A stretch of DNA of 64,000 nucleotides from Lama glama (lineage: Eukaryota). Of the stretch, positions 12,800 to 25,530 are shown in pieces. The stretch is from the NCBI GenBank assembly GCA_028534125.1, contig CM052832.1, forward strand, positions 11,348,001 through 11,412,000. The letters run 5' to 3'. The position numbers were made by a program, and so were the translations under genes. The notes beneath the pieces are model-generated. The model saw nothing but the letters and a program-made list of their open reading frames with translations. It searched no databases and had not been told where the DNA came from. Position 1 is the stretch's first letter. The number at the start of each line of letters is the position of its first letter.

Positions 12800-13640
12800 G
12801 AAAGTCATTTATTTTCAACCCTCCAAAAAAGAAAACATTTGGAAAATGACAGGTTAAAATTTTTGATACTGAGACCTGAAAAAGAATCCGAAAAGGGATT
12901 ATTAGATGATAGTCAATAACCAATTAGGAAAGAGTCAGCTTCAACTATTGATTCACTTTAAACTAATTTCATTCACTTTTCTGATAGGGTTGTAAAAATT
13001 CATAAGTGAAGTGAATTCAATTTATTTAATAAAGTCTCTCAGAGTATCCTTGGGGATATAAAGAGACCTTGAAAGTACAGGAAAGTACTTGGATTGTAGC
13101 CAGTTAGAAAATACAACTGCTACCTAGTGGAGCAGAGTGTAAGGGTGTCTTTGTGAAATGCTATTGTTCTGCCCTACCCCATGTCTTACGGATTGTTTGG
13201 GTGAGGAGATACAAGATACTTTCTTTCTTAGATAGCAAGAAATTGCAAAAAAATCAAAATCCAGAATTATCTCAACAGAGTCATGTTGGGATAAAAACTA
13301 CTAAAATGCAGTCATCAAATAAATAAGTGCGTATGTTTCCCAAAGAATTTCCATAACATGGGCCAAAGGCTGGAACAAATATGGTTTAACCCTTTGTGTG
13401 CTGTTTCCTGGCAGCACTAGATTTGAATGCTCAGAACTCAGTTTCCACTGCTGTGGTTAGGCTACATTCAAAAGAATAGATTCAGTTCAGTGTCAGAGTG
13501 CCCTATTTAAAGAAGAGTTTGGTAAAAAAATTGTATAAGACATAAGTGAAGGAACTAGGGATATTTAGTCTTAGGGAGCATGCCAGTTTAATTCAGGGAT
13601 ATGGGTAGGACTGACATAATCAAATATGTGTTTTTAAAGT
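12800..13640 (+). mobile_element. L3/CR1 LINE RT-region remnant
   Basis: ctaatttcattcacttttctgatagggttg, aaagtctctcagagtatccttg and gaaggaactagggatatttagtct are collinear with the L3 consensus as I recall it. Confidence 0.6.
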
Positions 13641-13649
13641 ATTACTCTG

Positions 13650-14500
13650 TTGGCAAGGTGGAGAACAGTTGGAGAAGACGAGTTAATACGAGGAGACTAA
13701 TCAGGAAAGAATGTAGAATGTAGTGACAGGTAAGGTAAGTGAGAGGTAAAGGATATTTGGAGATGGAGAGACACAGGGGTAAATGTAACAGGAATAGGAT
13801 GGATTGGTATCCATCTGTGAGACACAGAGTGAGGGAAAGTGATAAGGTTGTTTTGGGTAACATTGAACTTAATGATGCTGACAAGACATTTTTGTGACAA
13901 TTATCAATCCAGCTCTTGGACAGTCTAATCTGGGGTACAGAGAGATTGCGGTTGGAAATAAGGATACGGGAGGTGTCTGAACAGAGTGAACATTTTTATG
14001 AACTTTTATAATTCATGCACCATTTCAGCACTTAAGCTGGAAATTAGTATGACTCTTTGCAGCAAAGCAAGCCTTGTTATGGCATTTCAAAGGCACAAAA
14101 ACCCAAAATTACTTTATGTAAAATTGCTTAAGATTTCAACAGTAGCAAGTGATGGAAGCAGGGCTTGAAATCAGGTCATTTGATACCAAATTCTAAGATT
14201 TTGGGGGTGTGATTTTTAACTACAGTACAGTGCCAATCCAGTGAGAATCAGAACGAGAGAAGAGTTCCCCAAGAGGAAGAAATATGATGACCTTAGCTTG
14301 GGACATTCCTATTTTAGGAGCCAGAAAGAAAAGTGTCCAATAAAGGAACAGGAGACAGCAAGCAGAGAGAAGGTACCAGGAGAGGGACTCTAGAAACCTG
14401 GGAGTAGGAAGAGGGTGGAGAGCTTCCCGAACAAGGGAATGGTTAGCACTTTCAGGTTTTACCTAATAGGTCAGGGTGCTCAGTGCTGAGGACAGATCAC
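13650..14500 (-). mobile_element. Degenerate L2 fragments
   Basis: Purine-rich L2-antisense motifs such as gttgttttgggtaacattgaacttaatgatg; fragmented. Confidence 0.45.
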
Positions 14501-14554
14501 TGTCTTTCCTGCACATAAGCCTTTTTCTCATTGTACACTCTCCTGTCACACATT

Positions 14555-14670
14555 TTGTCATTAGCTCCTGAACTAGATTATGAAATGCCTTGAGGGCAAG
14601 GTCCATGCCTTCTTTTCCTTCTCATCTCCATACTGCCTAACACAGGACTGTGTACACAGACCAATATGAA
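14555..14670 (+). mobile_element. L2 3' end
   Basis: actagattatgaaatgccttgagggcaaggtccatgccttc...tgcctaacacaggact. Confidence 0.7.
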
Positions 14671-15451
14671 ATGTGAAAGCTGTCTGCATGTGGATGATTA
14701 ATCATCACTAGAATTTTTCCAAAGGCACTGTCTCTGGTGCCAAGAGCACATTTGTTTAAAATGTGCGCTTAAATTTGAATGAATCTGCCTAAATGGTGCC
14801 ATCTGTTCTTAGGCAGTTTCAGAAACGTTTTAATACAATTTTACCTTTAAAAGGACAAATGCAGGGACATGCCTATGAGACATGAAGACGTCTTTAAATA
14901 AACACAGAGCAGACACCAGCACACTCAATCACACTTAAACAGCTACACACAAAGAATATTTTCTGAGGTTTAAGAAAATTTTAGCTAAGAGGATACCAAC
15001 TACTGCTTCACACAGAAAATATTTATGAGAAGTTACAAAATTGTAGACATGGACTCCTATACATATTACTGCATTTTAATTACAGACTCCAGAAATACAA
15101 TTTAATTTGATATACCCTTTGAAATGGATTCGTTCTTCCAATAGTTGCTAATGGCCCACATTTTACTGTGATTTCAGTGTATCAATTTAGAAGCTGAAGA
15201 CAGCTGTGGCGGATAGTCTGTTATTCGCTTATATCCATTGTCATTTGACTTTTGTTACAGTACTGTAGGATTTATTATTGTGCGAATATAACAGTGAAAC
15301 GAAACCCATGTTTAAGTTCTGCAAATAACTTACAGTCACTTCCAAAACACCTCAACTTAGGTTCTAAATTTGAGTTTGCGGTTTTACATGCACGGTTATT
15401 TGCCGATCCACTTTAGCATGCAAAATCACACACTGGCTAGGTTTGGGTATA

Positions 15452-15465
15452 GTTATTGTGGCAAC
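15452..15465. promoter_or_regulatory. Candidate degenerate RFX X-box
   Basis: GTTATTGTGGCAAC has a perfect GGCAAC half-site, correct 14-bp spacing and a degenerate left half. Confidence 0.35.
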
Positions 15466-15779
15466 GAGTAATGGGTCAAATTTTCAGCCTATTTAACTCA
15501 CTAGCTACATCATCATCACCAAAACTATGCCAGTATTTTGACATCTATGTATTTTGCTAGCTGGTGTAAGTCAACCATGGTGTATATCAAGAATTTGTAT
15601 TTACAGAAAGAATTTCTGGTTGAAACAGCATCCATGTATGTTACTCTATCTGAATACACGTGTATCCATTTGGAAATTCTTTCGTTAAATCCTGTTTTGC
15701 AGAGGTGGAGATCTGAACACGTTTACTCATATTAACACTCCTTGGGAATATTTTCGATATTTTTTTATTTTATGTATAT

Positions 15780-17900
15780 TTTAGATATCTGATATCCATT
15801 TACTTCTAATAAATTTTAAATAAAAGAAATAGGATATTCGAGATAAAGCTGAAATCTCCTTGTTGGCCTTTCACGTCCATCCTCACGAAGGCAATCACTA
15901 TCGTTAATTTGCTATGCCCTCCAGTCCATTTCTTACACTTTTAATGTCCTAAGTTACAGCACCATGATCTAATATTTTTAGATAATATTGCTTTTTAAAT
16001 TATCTAAGTTCTATCATTGTGTTTATATCATTCTTTAACATGCTGCTTTTCTCAGTATTCTATTTTAGAAATCTATATCAATCTATATAAAACTTGTTTC
16101 ATTTTAATTTTCTGTAGTTTGTTATCCCAGTTTATTCATCTTTTCAACCGCAGGTGTCCACTTAGGTTGTACACTTGCACCAGTTTCTTGCTGTCCCAAG
16201 CAATGTTTCAGTCAATGTCCATCCATCTGTCTGTCTGTCTCTGTTTCTCCCGTAATGCACCTGTCCCAGGTTTCTCTCTAGGAAATATACCTAGTGTTCA
16301 GTCTTTTGCTGGCTTGTGGGTCATAGGCATTTCGCTCAAAAAAGAGTCTTGGTTTGCATTCCCACCAGCAGTATATAAAAGTTCCTACTTCCTTATATCC
16401 TTACAAACACTTGTGTTGCTAGAGTTTGTTTTTAAAATTTTTGCAAGTCTGATAGAGGTGAATGAAATAGTTTATTGTTGGGTTCTAATTATTTGTCTTG
16501 ATTATTTGTAAGTTTGAGCATTTTCTTCCAAAGACTAACTAACCATTTTCAGAGACTTATTGACCATTTTCAGGTTTCCTCTTTATGGGTTGTCTGTTCA
16601 CATCCTTTGCTCATTATTTTCTGAGTTGTTTGTCTTTGTCTTACTGATTTGTGGAAATACTTTATTTCAAATATGAATCTTTTGTCAGCCAAGTGTATTG
16701 CAAATGTCATCTCCCAGTCTTTCAACTTATGTCATCACACAGAAGTTCTTTAATTTTGGATTATTTGGTCAAATATTTCAAATCAATTCATTTTTGTATT
16801 TTATGTCTTATCATAGATTATTACCACCTTGGGTTGATTATGGTATGCTTCCGTATTTTCTTTTACTAATGTTAAATCTGTGTTATTTTATACACAAGTC
16901 TTTAGTGCATTCTGGAATTAATTTGTGTATATAGTGTGACAAAGCAGTCTAAATTTATTTTTTCAAGATGGCTAGCCCGTTATTCCTACACTGTTTGTTA
17001 ACGAGTCCATCCTTTCTCCACTGTGGTGTGACGTCACCCGTTCCCTATACAGAGTTCCTTAAATGAGCACAGTGTGTTTCACTGACCTAGTTATCTTCTC
17101 CTGCACCAGTACCACACTGTTTTAATTACTGTGGCATTATGATTATTCCTTGACATAAAGCAGGACAAGACCCCTTTCCTTACGATTTTTTCACAGAATT
17201 GTTTTTGGTTATTTTTTGATATTTGCTCTTCCATCTGATGTTTAGAATTCATTTGTTTTGTTCTGCAAACAAAACCAGTGGCATTTTTATTTCCGTTGTA
17301 CTGAATAGATAGTTTTATAAAGAGAGATTAATATAGAAATTAATTTTGAATTTTCCCATCCAAAAATGGTGTATTAATATCTGGCACACCACTTATTCAG
17401 GTTTTCATTTTGTATTCAATATTTTGTAATAATAAAATATTATTTTATCGTTTCCCTGAAAATTGTGCATCTTTTATAAGATTAATCTCTTATTATCTCA
17501 TCATCTTTGTTGCTATTATGAATAATATTGTATTTCCTAATTAATTGTTGCTGGGTTATTAGAATGTTATTGATTTCTCATATTGATCTTGCAACTCTGC
17601 TAATCTTTTTAGTCCTTAACAGTTTGTTCATAGATGATCTTGCATTTTCTATGTAAACCACAATACTTTCTGTATATAATGACACTTTGATTTCTTCTTT
17701 TCCTGCCACTGTGCCTTGTATTTTTTCTTATTTATTACGTTGGCCAGGACCCCCAGTTCAGTGTTGGGTAATTGCAGTGATATTGAATATACTTGTCTGT
17801 GGATTGTGTGTACAAATGTGTAACGAATTCTCTCTATGTACCCATTCTCACCTCTTTTACCATGAAATTCACATAGAACATTTTCAATATGGCTAGCCAA
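15780..17900 (-). mobile_element. Old L1 (L1ME-like) ORF2 and 3'UTR remnant, about 2 kb
   Basis: T-rich block with ttgcattcccaccagcagtatataaaagttcc and gcaccagtaccacactgttttaattactgtggc. Confidence 0.8.
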
Positions 17901-18210
17901 TGTGATAGATTGTGGTCAGGTAATGAAATAAAGATATATATTGGTTAAGAAGACTCAAGATTCACCTAATTCAAACTCTTTTCTCACTTTCGGAATGAAC
18001 CCACTCACATTGGTCATCAGTCATTCAAGAGGTAATGCATTGAAAATAATTCACATGAAGGGTCTCAGCTACAAGTGTTTTTACTCCACTGGACAGTGTT
18101 TGCTTCCTAGGAAATGTCTTATCACTGGAAATGTAAATTTAAGTCTCTTGATATCCTTGAAAAATTCTCATTGTTCACATTACTTTTGTTTTACAATGTA
18201 TTTTGCATAG

Positions 18211-18417
18211 ACTCCTATGAACCAAGCTTCAACCCGTTCCCACTGCATTTTCACCATTCACTTATCAAGCAAGGAGCCAGGATCTGCAACTGTCCGACGT
18301 GCCAAACTTCATTTGGTTGACTTGGCTGGTTCAGAACGAGTTGCGAAGACAGGAGTAGGGGGCCAGCTTCTAACAGAGGCCAAGTACATCAACTTGTCAC
18401 TGCATTACTTAGAACAG
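18211..18417 (+). CDS. KIF6: KIF6 coding exon (207 bp, probably exon 7) with switch I and switch II
   Basis: ttttgcat[74 protein letters not shown]; donor CAG|GTAAGC; phase 0-0. Confidence 0.98.
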
Positions 18418-18524
18418 GTAAGCGGGTGGAGTGGGATGTATCTCTACCGGCCAGTTTTTGACCGCGTACTTCACATCAGGCATTCTGCTAGCACTGTTGG
18501 GATTTTTTTTGGTTCTGTTTCACT

Positions 18525-19015
18525 TCTTTTATTGTGGCAAACTACATATGACATAAAATTTACCATTTCACTGATTTTTAAGTGTACAATTCAGTCACAT
18601 TAAGTATCTTCAAAATGTTGTACAATCATCACCACCATCCATTTCCAGAGCTTCTCATAACCCCAGACAGAAACTCTGTGCCCGTTAAATAACTTCCCAT
18701 CTCTTTATACTCCCAGCCCCCGACAGCCTCTGTTCTACTTCCTGTCTCTGTGAATTTGCCTATTCTAGATATGCAAATAAGTGGAATTATACAATATTTA
18801 TGCTTTTGTGTTTGATTTATTTCATTTAGCATAATTCCACCCATGTTTTAGCCTGTATCAGAATTTCCTTCCTTTTTGAGGCTGAATAACATCCCCTTGT
18901 GTGTGTATAGATATGCTATAAATATATGATAGTTTGTGTATCGATTCATCTGTCCATGGACACGGTTGTTCCCACCTTTTGGCTATTGTGAATAATGCTG
19001 CTATAAACACTGGTG
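18525..19015 (-). mobile_element. L1MB-like 3' end
   Basis: acataaaatttaccatt...taagtgtacaattcagt and cccaccttttggctattgtgaataatgctgctat. This explains ORF 18629..18844. Confidence 0.88.
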
Positions 19016-19029
19016 TTTATTTTGTATAA

Positions 19030-19210
19030 ACCATTTCGTTTAAAGCTCACAACAGCTCTGCACTGTAGGTATTAGACATTACCCCCATCTTACAGTTTTT
19101 ATAAGTCAGGTGTTCCCCAGGCTTCCCAAGTTTACACAGCTAGTAGGGAGATGAGGCTTTGAACCTGGAATTGCTTGGCTCCAAAGCCCGTGCTTTTTTT
19201 TCACTGTGCC
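19030..19210 (-). mobile_element. MIR
   Basis: ctcacaacagctctgcactgtaggtatt...cccatcttacag...cccaagtttacacagctagtag. Confidence 0.75.
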
Positions 19211-20424
19211 TTATTGTTTTTATTATAAAATTAGTAATGGGTATGACTATAGATTAAAAATGGCCTCCATGGCCTATTTTTTTCAGTCTGGTAGATTAGC
19301 TATGAGAACATGTGAAGATGACCAGTGTCTTCTCCGCTGGTAGTGACTTTATCTAGTTGGTGATTCTGTTCCCTGCAGTGGTTCTCTTTTCTTTAATTTC
19401 CCCTCCCTGTCCCAACCTCAAGTTTATCACAGTCCACCCCAGTATAAGCTCAATTTTTAATTTCCAAATTTTACTCCAAGGACAGAGAACACTCATCTGA
19501 ATTTTGCTAAATAAATCTTCCAGAAGAAAATAATTCTCATCTCTAAAATGAGTGGATTGAATTAGATGGTTTCTTAAGTTTCTTTCAGCTCTGTGAGTAT
19601 AAGTGCTGTGAGTTGAATGTTAAAGATAGCAACTACTTCCAAATTCTTAAAAAGAGAGAGAGAGAGAAACATGACCAGAAACTGGAGTGGAGGAGTACAG
19701 AGGATATTGGCGAGGCAGAAGGTGGAGACTGAAAGGTCTGAGAAAAACAAAAAAACTTTTTTTTTTTCAGCTGCCTAATGAACCCCTTTGCAAATGACGC
19801 TGTCCTGATGTTAAATGCTTTCTAATGGTCAAGTTGGCTGAAAAAGCATATTGGGAGAAACCTAAGGGAAATCCATGTGAACAAGGCACACACAGTTAGG
19901 CTCTGACCAAATGAATCCCAGTAATGCAGCAACCAGAGATTTAAGATCATTTTATGTTCATGATGTTTGGATCATTTTAGCACTTCTGATAATACTCACC
20001 CTTCCTGAGCTCTTTCTTGCTCAAATATTACACACCATTTTTACTTAACAGATCTTTTTACTTAATAGGACATTTATATAACATTGATATGAAAGTATAA
20101 TGGACTCTATTCAAAGTGCTTTATTTCAAAATGTAACTACTTGTTTCAGATGGTAGCACTGTCTTTTAATTCCCATTATGTCCATCCATTCATACAAAAT
20201 TATATTCATATTTGTTAGTTGAATCAAAATTTCCACCAATTAAAATCACTCAAGAAAAACATTCTGCTCCTAATCCTTTGTGTTTTTTCATTCTATGCAA
20301 CCTTTTCAAGCCATTGCTTATCATTAAAACTATTCCTCTCCTTACATTACTTCTCTTCAAAATTCTTGTAACATTAGCCTCATGTGAGTCTCAGTGGCTA
20401 TGTGGCATTTGATTTTTTATATAG

Positions 20425-20790
20425 CTAGTTTATTTATTTAACAAATACTTAGAAGGAACAGTTACATGCTGAGACCTGGGCTAGGCACTGGAGCATAGTG
20501 CTGAACAAAGCAGAAACAGTCCTTGCCCCGAAGGTCTCATGTCCAGGGTAGGGAGGCATTGAATAAGTAATCGTGAAGTATGTGGCTGTAATCCCGATGA
20601 GAGCTGTGCAGAACAAGTCCAAGGGGTGAGGAGAGCTTGTCATGGGGGATTGGACTTAGTCAGAGGACGGGAGAGTTAATGAAAGTTCTCTCAGGGCTGA
20701 TATTAAGCAGAGACCTGAGGAATGAGTAGGAGTGAGCCTGGCCAGAATGGGGTTGGAGCATGCCAGGCAGTGGGGACTGGAAGTCTGTCA
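20425..20790 (-). mobile_element. L2 3' region
   Basis: tttatttatttaacaaatactt...ctaggcactggag...gaacaaagcagaaacagtccttgcc. Confidence 0.8.
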
Positions 20791-21036
20791 GCCTGTAGCT
20801 CCAGTCTGGGGGATTGATATACCCAGGGTCATAGTGGCATTCACATGTTGTTGACCTTTGGCTCTCCGAATGTAACTTATCTGTTTCATGGGCCACCACT
20901 GCATCACTGCAGCTGTTAGCTATTTGCACTGATATACCAGGGTCTGCATTGAGGTTATGGCATAGAATAATGGAGCAAGGAGGAGAAGAAGATTAGTGTG
21001 AAAGCAAAGACGAACATCAATATGGAAGACCGCAGT

Positions 21037-21080
21037 GTGTGGACATGAATGTGTGGGGGTGTGGACATGAATGTGTGGGG
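21037..21080. repeat. Perfect 2 x 22-bp tandem duplication
   Basis: GTGTGGACATGAATGTGTGGGG at 21037-21058 and 21059-21080. Confidence 0.95.
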
Positions 21081-21329
21081 CTGAGTAAATCTAGGAGCTG
21101 CTGCTCGACAGAAAGTAGGTGGATGGTTGAGAAATTTTGGAATTCTACACGGAAAGAGATAAGTGAGAGGGAACCAAAGAGGTCATAGGAATGAGAATAC
21201 TAAAAAGACTGGGTAGATACTGTTGATGAAATAACAGAATTCAGGGACTTCTACAAACAAATTTTCATCATGAAGTGCTTTTTTATGAGGCTAATGAGAC
21301 TGGAAGTATAACACAGTTTAGTTTAATTA

Positions 21330-21540
21330 GCTTCATTCACTTATTCACTCATTCATTCAACAGACAGTGATTGAGCATCCACCGGGTGCTACGAGCTATA
21401 TTAGGCAATGGGGCTAGAGTATGACTGAGAAATAATCCGTGCAACCACTTCATCAGTGAAAGAGCAAAGCATGGAAACAAATACTCCCAATGAGTAAGAT
21501 CAATGCCGTAACAAAAATGCAGACAGATATCAGTGATTGA
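21330..21540 (-). mobile_element. L2 3' end
   Basis: ttcattcacttattcactcattcattcaacagacagtgattgagcatccaccgggtgc. Confidence 0.7.
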
Positions 21541-22579
21541 TTATATCGTCTCTGTGTCAGTTTCAATATATAAATGGAGATGGGCCAGGAAAAAGACAGT
21601 TTGGTCACCTCTCTTACGTTAACTAGCCCACATGGCTCATAGGAATTTCATGCAGAACTGCAACTGCCCTTCTGGCCATAATTGTCAGGCCTTACACCTG
21701 CTTGCAGGGTACAGCCTTTTTGAGTTAAATGCACCTTATTGTGCTCATAAGTAAATAAATTTCTGTCTGCCAGAGTACTGTTGGTTTTGGAGTTTTCCTT
21801 GTGTATGCAGTACTTTTTCCAAAAAGTCTCCTCGAAAACATTTTAAGCCACAATAACAGGGTACATCTTGGCCCTAGAAATCCAGTCTATGGAGAAAAAG
21901 GAAAGGGCCATGCATACTTGTCCTGACTATAAGCCTCACCAAGTGCTCCTCGTGTGACCCTGGGTCCGTCAGTCCAAACACCAAGTGAGAAACCACTGGA
22001 AACAGAATGTTTGCTCTCTGCTTCTTCAGAAATCAGAACCTGGGTCACCTTCAGCCAGTTATCCAATATGAGAGGGGCTTTTTTCAGAACGTCATGTAAC
22101 ACTTGGCTTCCACTGGATGTGCTGTGTTCAAGAGGAAAAGCTAATGGTGCTGGTGATAATTGTAACACTCAGATCTTTGTCCATTTTCAGGGGATGATCT
22201 TCCATGGCCTTCTGAGCTCTTTAAAAGAAATTCTCCTTAGTTCAGTAAATAGCAAGCTGAATTATTGATTTCAGGCGTAGTTTCTAGGTACTTGGAAATA
22301 TCATTAAGTGTAATGTGAGGTTCCACTCTGTGTTGCTTAAAGAATGCCTTCTGGAACATGTTACTGCATTTATGCATGAAATCCAAAATGGAAGTAAATG
22401 TTAAAAAAAAAATCCAGGTTGTTTGAACACCTCCTTACCCCGTGCCATTCAGGTCATTTGGTTTCTGCCCAATTTAGAGAACACAAAGCAGCCTCACCAA
22501 AAATAATCTACTGCTGCCTCTCTCTCAAATAGTGGCCGTTTCTGGGTCACTATGAAGATCTGTATCTGTCCCAGGGGTC

Positions 22580-22851
22580 AGTTTTGTATATAGTGGTGTG
22601 CATCTGTTAATCCCATACTCCCAATTTATCCCTCCCCATCCCTTTCCCCACTGGTACCAGAAGTTTGTTTTCCATGTCTGGGCATCTGTTTCTGTTTGTC
22701 TTTTTTTTTAGATTCTACATATAAATGATATCATATAATATTTGTCTTTCTCTGTCTGACTTACTTTACCTAGTATGATAATCTCTAGGTCCATCCACGT
22801 TGCTGCAAATGGCATTATTTCATTCTTTTTTATGGCTGAGTAATAGTCCAT
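22580..22851 (-). mobile_element. Younger L1 3'UTR fragment (cetartiodactyl type)
   Basis: gttaatcccatactcccaatttatccctcccc and ctctaggtccatccacgttgctgcaaatggcattatttcattcttttttatggctgagtaat. Confidence 0.85.
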
Positions 22852-22859
22852 CTAATGAT

Positions 22860-23010
22860 CTTTAAATCATTTCTGTGAGATAGGCAAGCATTCTAATCCC
22901 ACTTTTACAGGTGGAGAAACTGAGGGTAATAAGGGTTTTGCCTATGATCATATAAGTGGGACAGCTAGATTCTGACTTTAAGTCCTGGATTCTTTCTTTT
23001 TTCATTCACT
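22860..23010 (-). mobile_element. MIR
   Basis: cccacttttacaggtggagaaactgagg core. Confidence 0.75.
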
Positions 23011-23129
23011 GCCTTCATTTCCCCCATTTTTAAAGACTATATTTTCTAATCCATAATCTCATTTGAAATTTTTATTATTCTCTTTAACAATTTTATAACC
23101 CTTTCTGGAATGGACATTAGGATTGCCTC

Positions 23130-23590
23130 TACAGCATTTATTTCTGGGGTAGCAGCCAGAAGCTCATCCCAGCTCCAGAAGGACACCCTTACTGGTCTAA
23201 GCCGATTCGAGCCAGTCTTTCTCCAGGATATAGTAATTGATTCAGCAATGGCCCATGACCCAAGCTGGTCCCTAGTGAAGCTCAGGACTCACATTTAAGG
23301 ATTAGAGAGCTTCCTCACGTCAGTTTTGAGGATGGAAGTATGTAACATCAGGGCATTTTGTAGGCATTCTATGGCCCCAAGGAGAGGCAGACTTCTACCA
23401 CCTGGAAGATAGAGCAGAGAAACTGGCAAAAACCAAGACCTTGGCTAAAAGGTCCCTGACCTTTGGGTCAGTTCTAACCTAAAGCATTTCCTATTATACT
23501 TAACATAAGCCAGTACATTTCCCTATGTTTAAAGCCAGTTTGAGTTAAATGTTTCTGTTACTACAACCAAAAGCAAATTAACAAACACAC
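23130..23590 (+). mobile_element. Old MaLR LTR (MLT1J/K/L-like)
   Basis: catgacccaagctggtcc and 3' end aagccagtttgagtt...ttctgttactacaaccaaaagc. Confidence 0.65.
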
Positions 23591-24062
23591 CATTTAATTT
23601 AATACCAAAGGGAAGTTTAACAAGTATAGTCTCCTTTGTATCATCTAAGTTGTCAATAAAACTGTTGATTAGAAAAGACATCAATATTATTTCCTACAGC
23701 AGGAAAAAAAATAGTGACATTAGAAAAGTGTTGGTGATTGATAAACAATAATGCCACTCTCTCTGCATATCTATCAGACCAACCCGTGTTTGGTCTGGTG
23801 TCTGGTATTTGGGCCTTTCTTGCCTGTCTCAGATATCTGTCCTCTTGGCTCTTAGGACCTGGACCTCTGCTCAGTACCCCATGCTACCACCTTGCCACTC
23901 ACACTTGGGTCCACCATATTCCTCACTTTCTTTCCAATTACATTGAAACCTAGTTGTCCCAAATGCCATTCAATACTAAGGCCCTCACACTGCTTTCCCA
24001 GGTAAAACTAATTAATCCACTCATTCATTCCTTCACAGTCGAAAAAAGTGTTGAACATATGT

Positions 24063-24549
24063 TGTGTTAGCCAGATTTCTCAGTTGCAGACTGGGAAAGT
24101 CACTCTAGCTAATTTAAGCCACATAGAGCTTATTAAACGTAAAGAATCTCAAGAAAAATTAGAAAACTGGGCTTGGATACTGCACAGCTCAGAGGAGAGC
24201 AACTGAGAGACACTTCTAACCACACCACTGAACCGCTCTGTAAAAGGCTACTGTTATCCCCACTTGGCACTTAGAACATTAGGTCCTAGATTCCAGAAAC
24301 TTCCCTTAAGCTGCCTCAAAAGAACTTGATGCCTTTGCCACCACACTCTCCTACAAATCTGGACTCCCTTCTTGTGACTACCACCTCTCATTACTCCCCT
24401 CCAGACCCCACACAGGGGTGTCTGCCTGATGGAGCCAGGTCTCACACAAACTGTGAGCTGTGAGAGAGACTGGGAAGTGTAACTTCGTAGGAAGCAGAAC
24501 TAGAATGGGGGCTGTCACAAGAGCTGAGAGAGACACTTAGTTTCCACCA
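24063..24549 (-). mobile_element. Old MaLR LTR (MLT1-type) nested in an L2
   Basis: Starts tgtgttagccagatttctcagttgcagac...cactctagctaatttaagc; L2 sequence stops before it and resumes after it. Confidence 0.65.
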
Positions 24550-25140
24550 CACGTACTGGGTGCGGGGCACTATTCTTGGCAGTGGGGATAGAGCCATGAA
24601 TAAGAGAAACAAAGTCCTTTGTTTCTGCCTTGTGGAGCAGAAAGTCTAGTGGGGAGGCAGATAACAAGCAAGTAAATAAATAAAATTTCAAATAGTGGTA
24701 AGTATCAGAAGAAAAATAAAACAGAGCAAAAGCCTGGATTTCAGGGTGTTAATTTTGATACAGGATTTAGGGAAAGCCCTTGTGAGGAAATAAAACTTGG
24801 ACAAAGATTTGATTGATGAGAGGCAGGAAGCTGTAAGAAAATCTGGGGCAAGAGTATCCCAGGTAAAAAGTAACAGGTTCAAAGGCTGTGACGTGGGGCT
24901 ACACTTGGTGTGGGAAAGCAACAGCAAGGCCAGTGTGGACCACGAGAGCTCCATGGGAGGTGCAGCGAGATAGGTAGACAGGAACCAGGTCACGCGGGGA
25001 TTGGGTCATTATCTAAGTGCATTGGGAAGGTTGTAAGCAGTGACTTGGTGTAACAAACATTTTATAAAGATTCCTCTGGCTGCTGTGCAGAGAGGAGACC
25101 ATGAGAGGACAAAAGGAAAAGCAAGGAGCCTGAAGTCACG
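24550..25140 (-). mobile_element. L2 3' region (its extreme tail lies at about 24018-24062)
   Basis: ggcactattcttggcagtggggatagagccatgaataagagaaac and aaagattcctctggctgctgtgcagagag. Confidence 0.85.
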
Positions 25141-25299
25141 TGTCACATCTGTGGGTGATCTATTCCTGATGCTTTGCAATAGGCATCTAAGCACTGGATT
25201 CATCCTCCCCAGAAAGCCCTGGACCCCCGGTGGCTCCCTTTGGGGACAGCCCATAGCAGCCTTTCATCCATCTTCCCACCCATCCATCTACTGCCTTCC

Positions 25300-25530
25300 T
25301 ATTAAGTACCTAAGACACTGCTTAAACACTGCTACTACTCAAAGTAATTTGCACATTTTAACTCTTCTAATTATCCCAACTACTGACATGTAGATACTGT
25401 CTCTTCCCTGCTTTACAGATGAGGAGAATGAGGCAGAAATGTTGAGTGGCATGCCCTGGTAAGGCTAGAATCTGGACCTGGACAACCTGGCACCAGAATC
25501 CGGGGTCTCCACCTCTTACCCCTGTTGCTT
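25300..25530 (-). mobile_element. MIR
   Basis: tttacagatgaggagaatgaggcaga core. Confidence 0.75.

Noticed and set aside
18418..18603. Read-through extension of the switch exon with a hydrophobic segment
   Set aside because: There is a strong CAG|GTAAGC donor, and the extension runs into the T-rich end of an antisense L1, which explains the hydrophobic codons.
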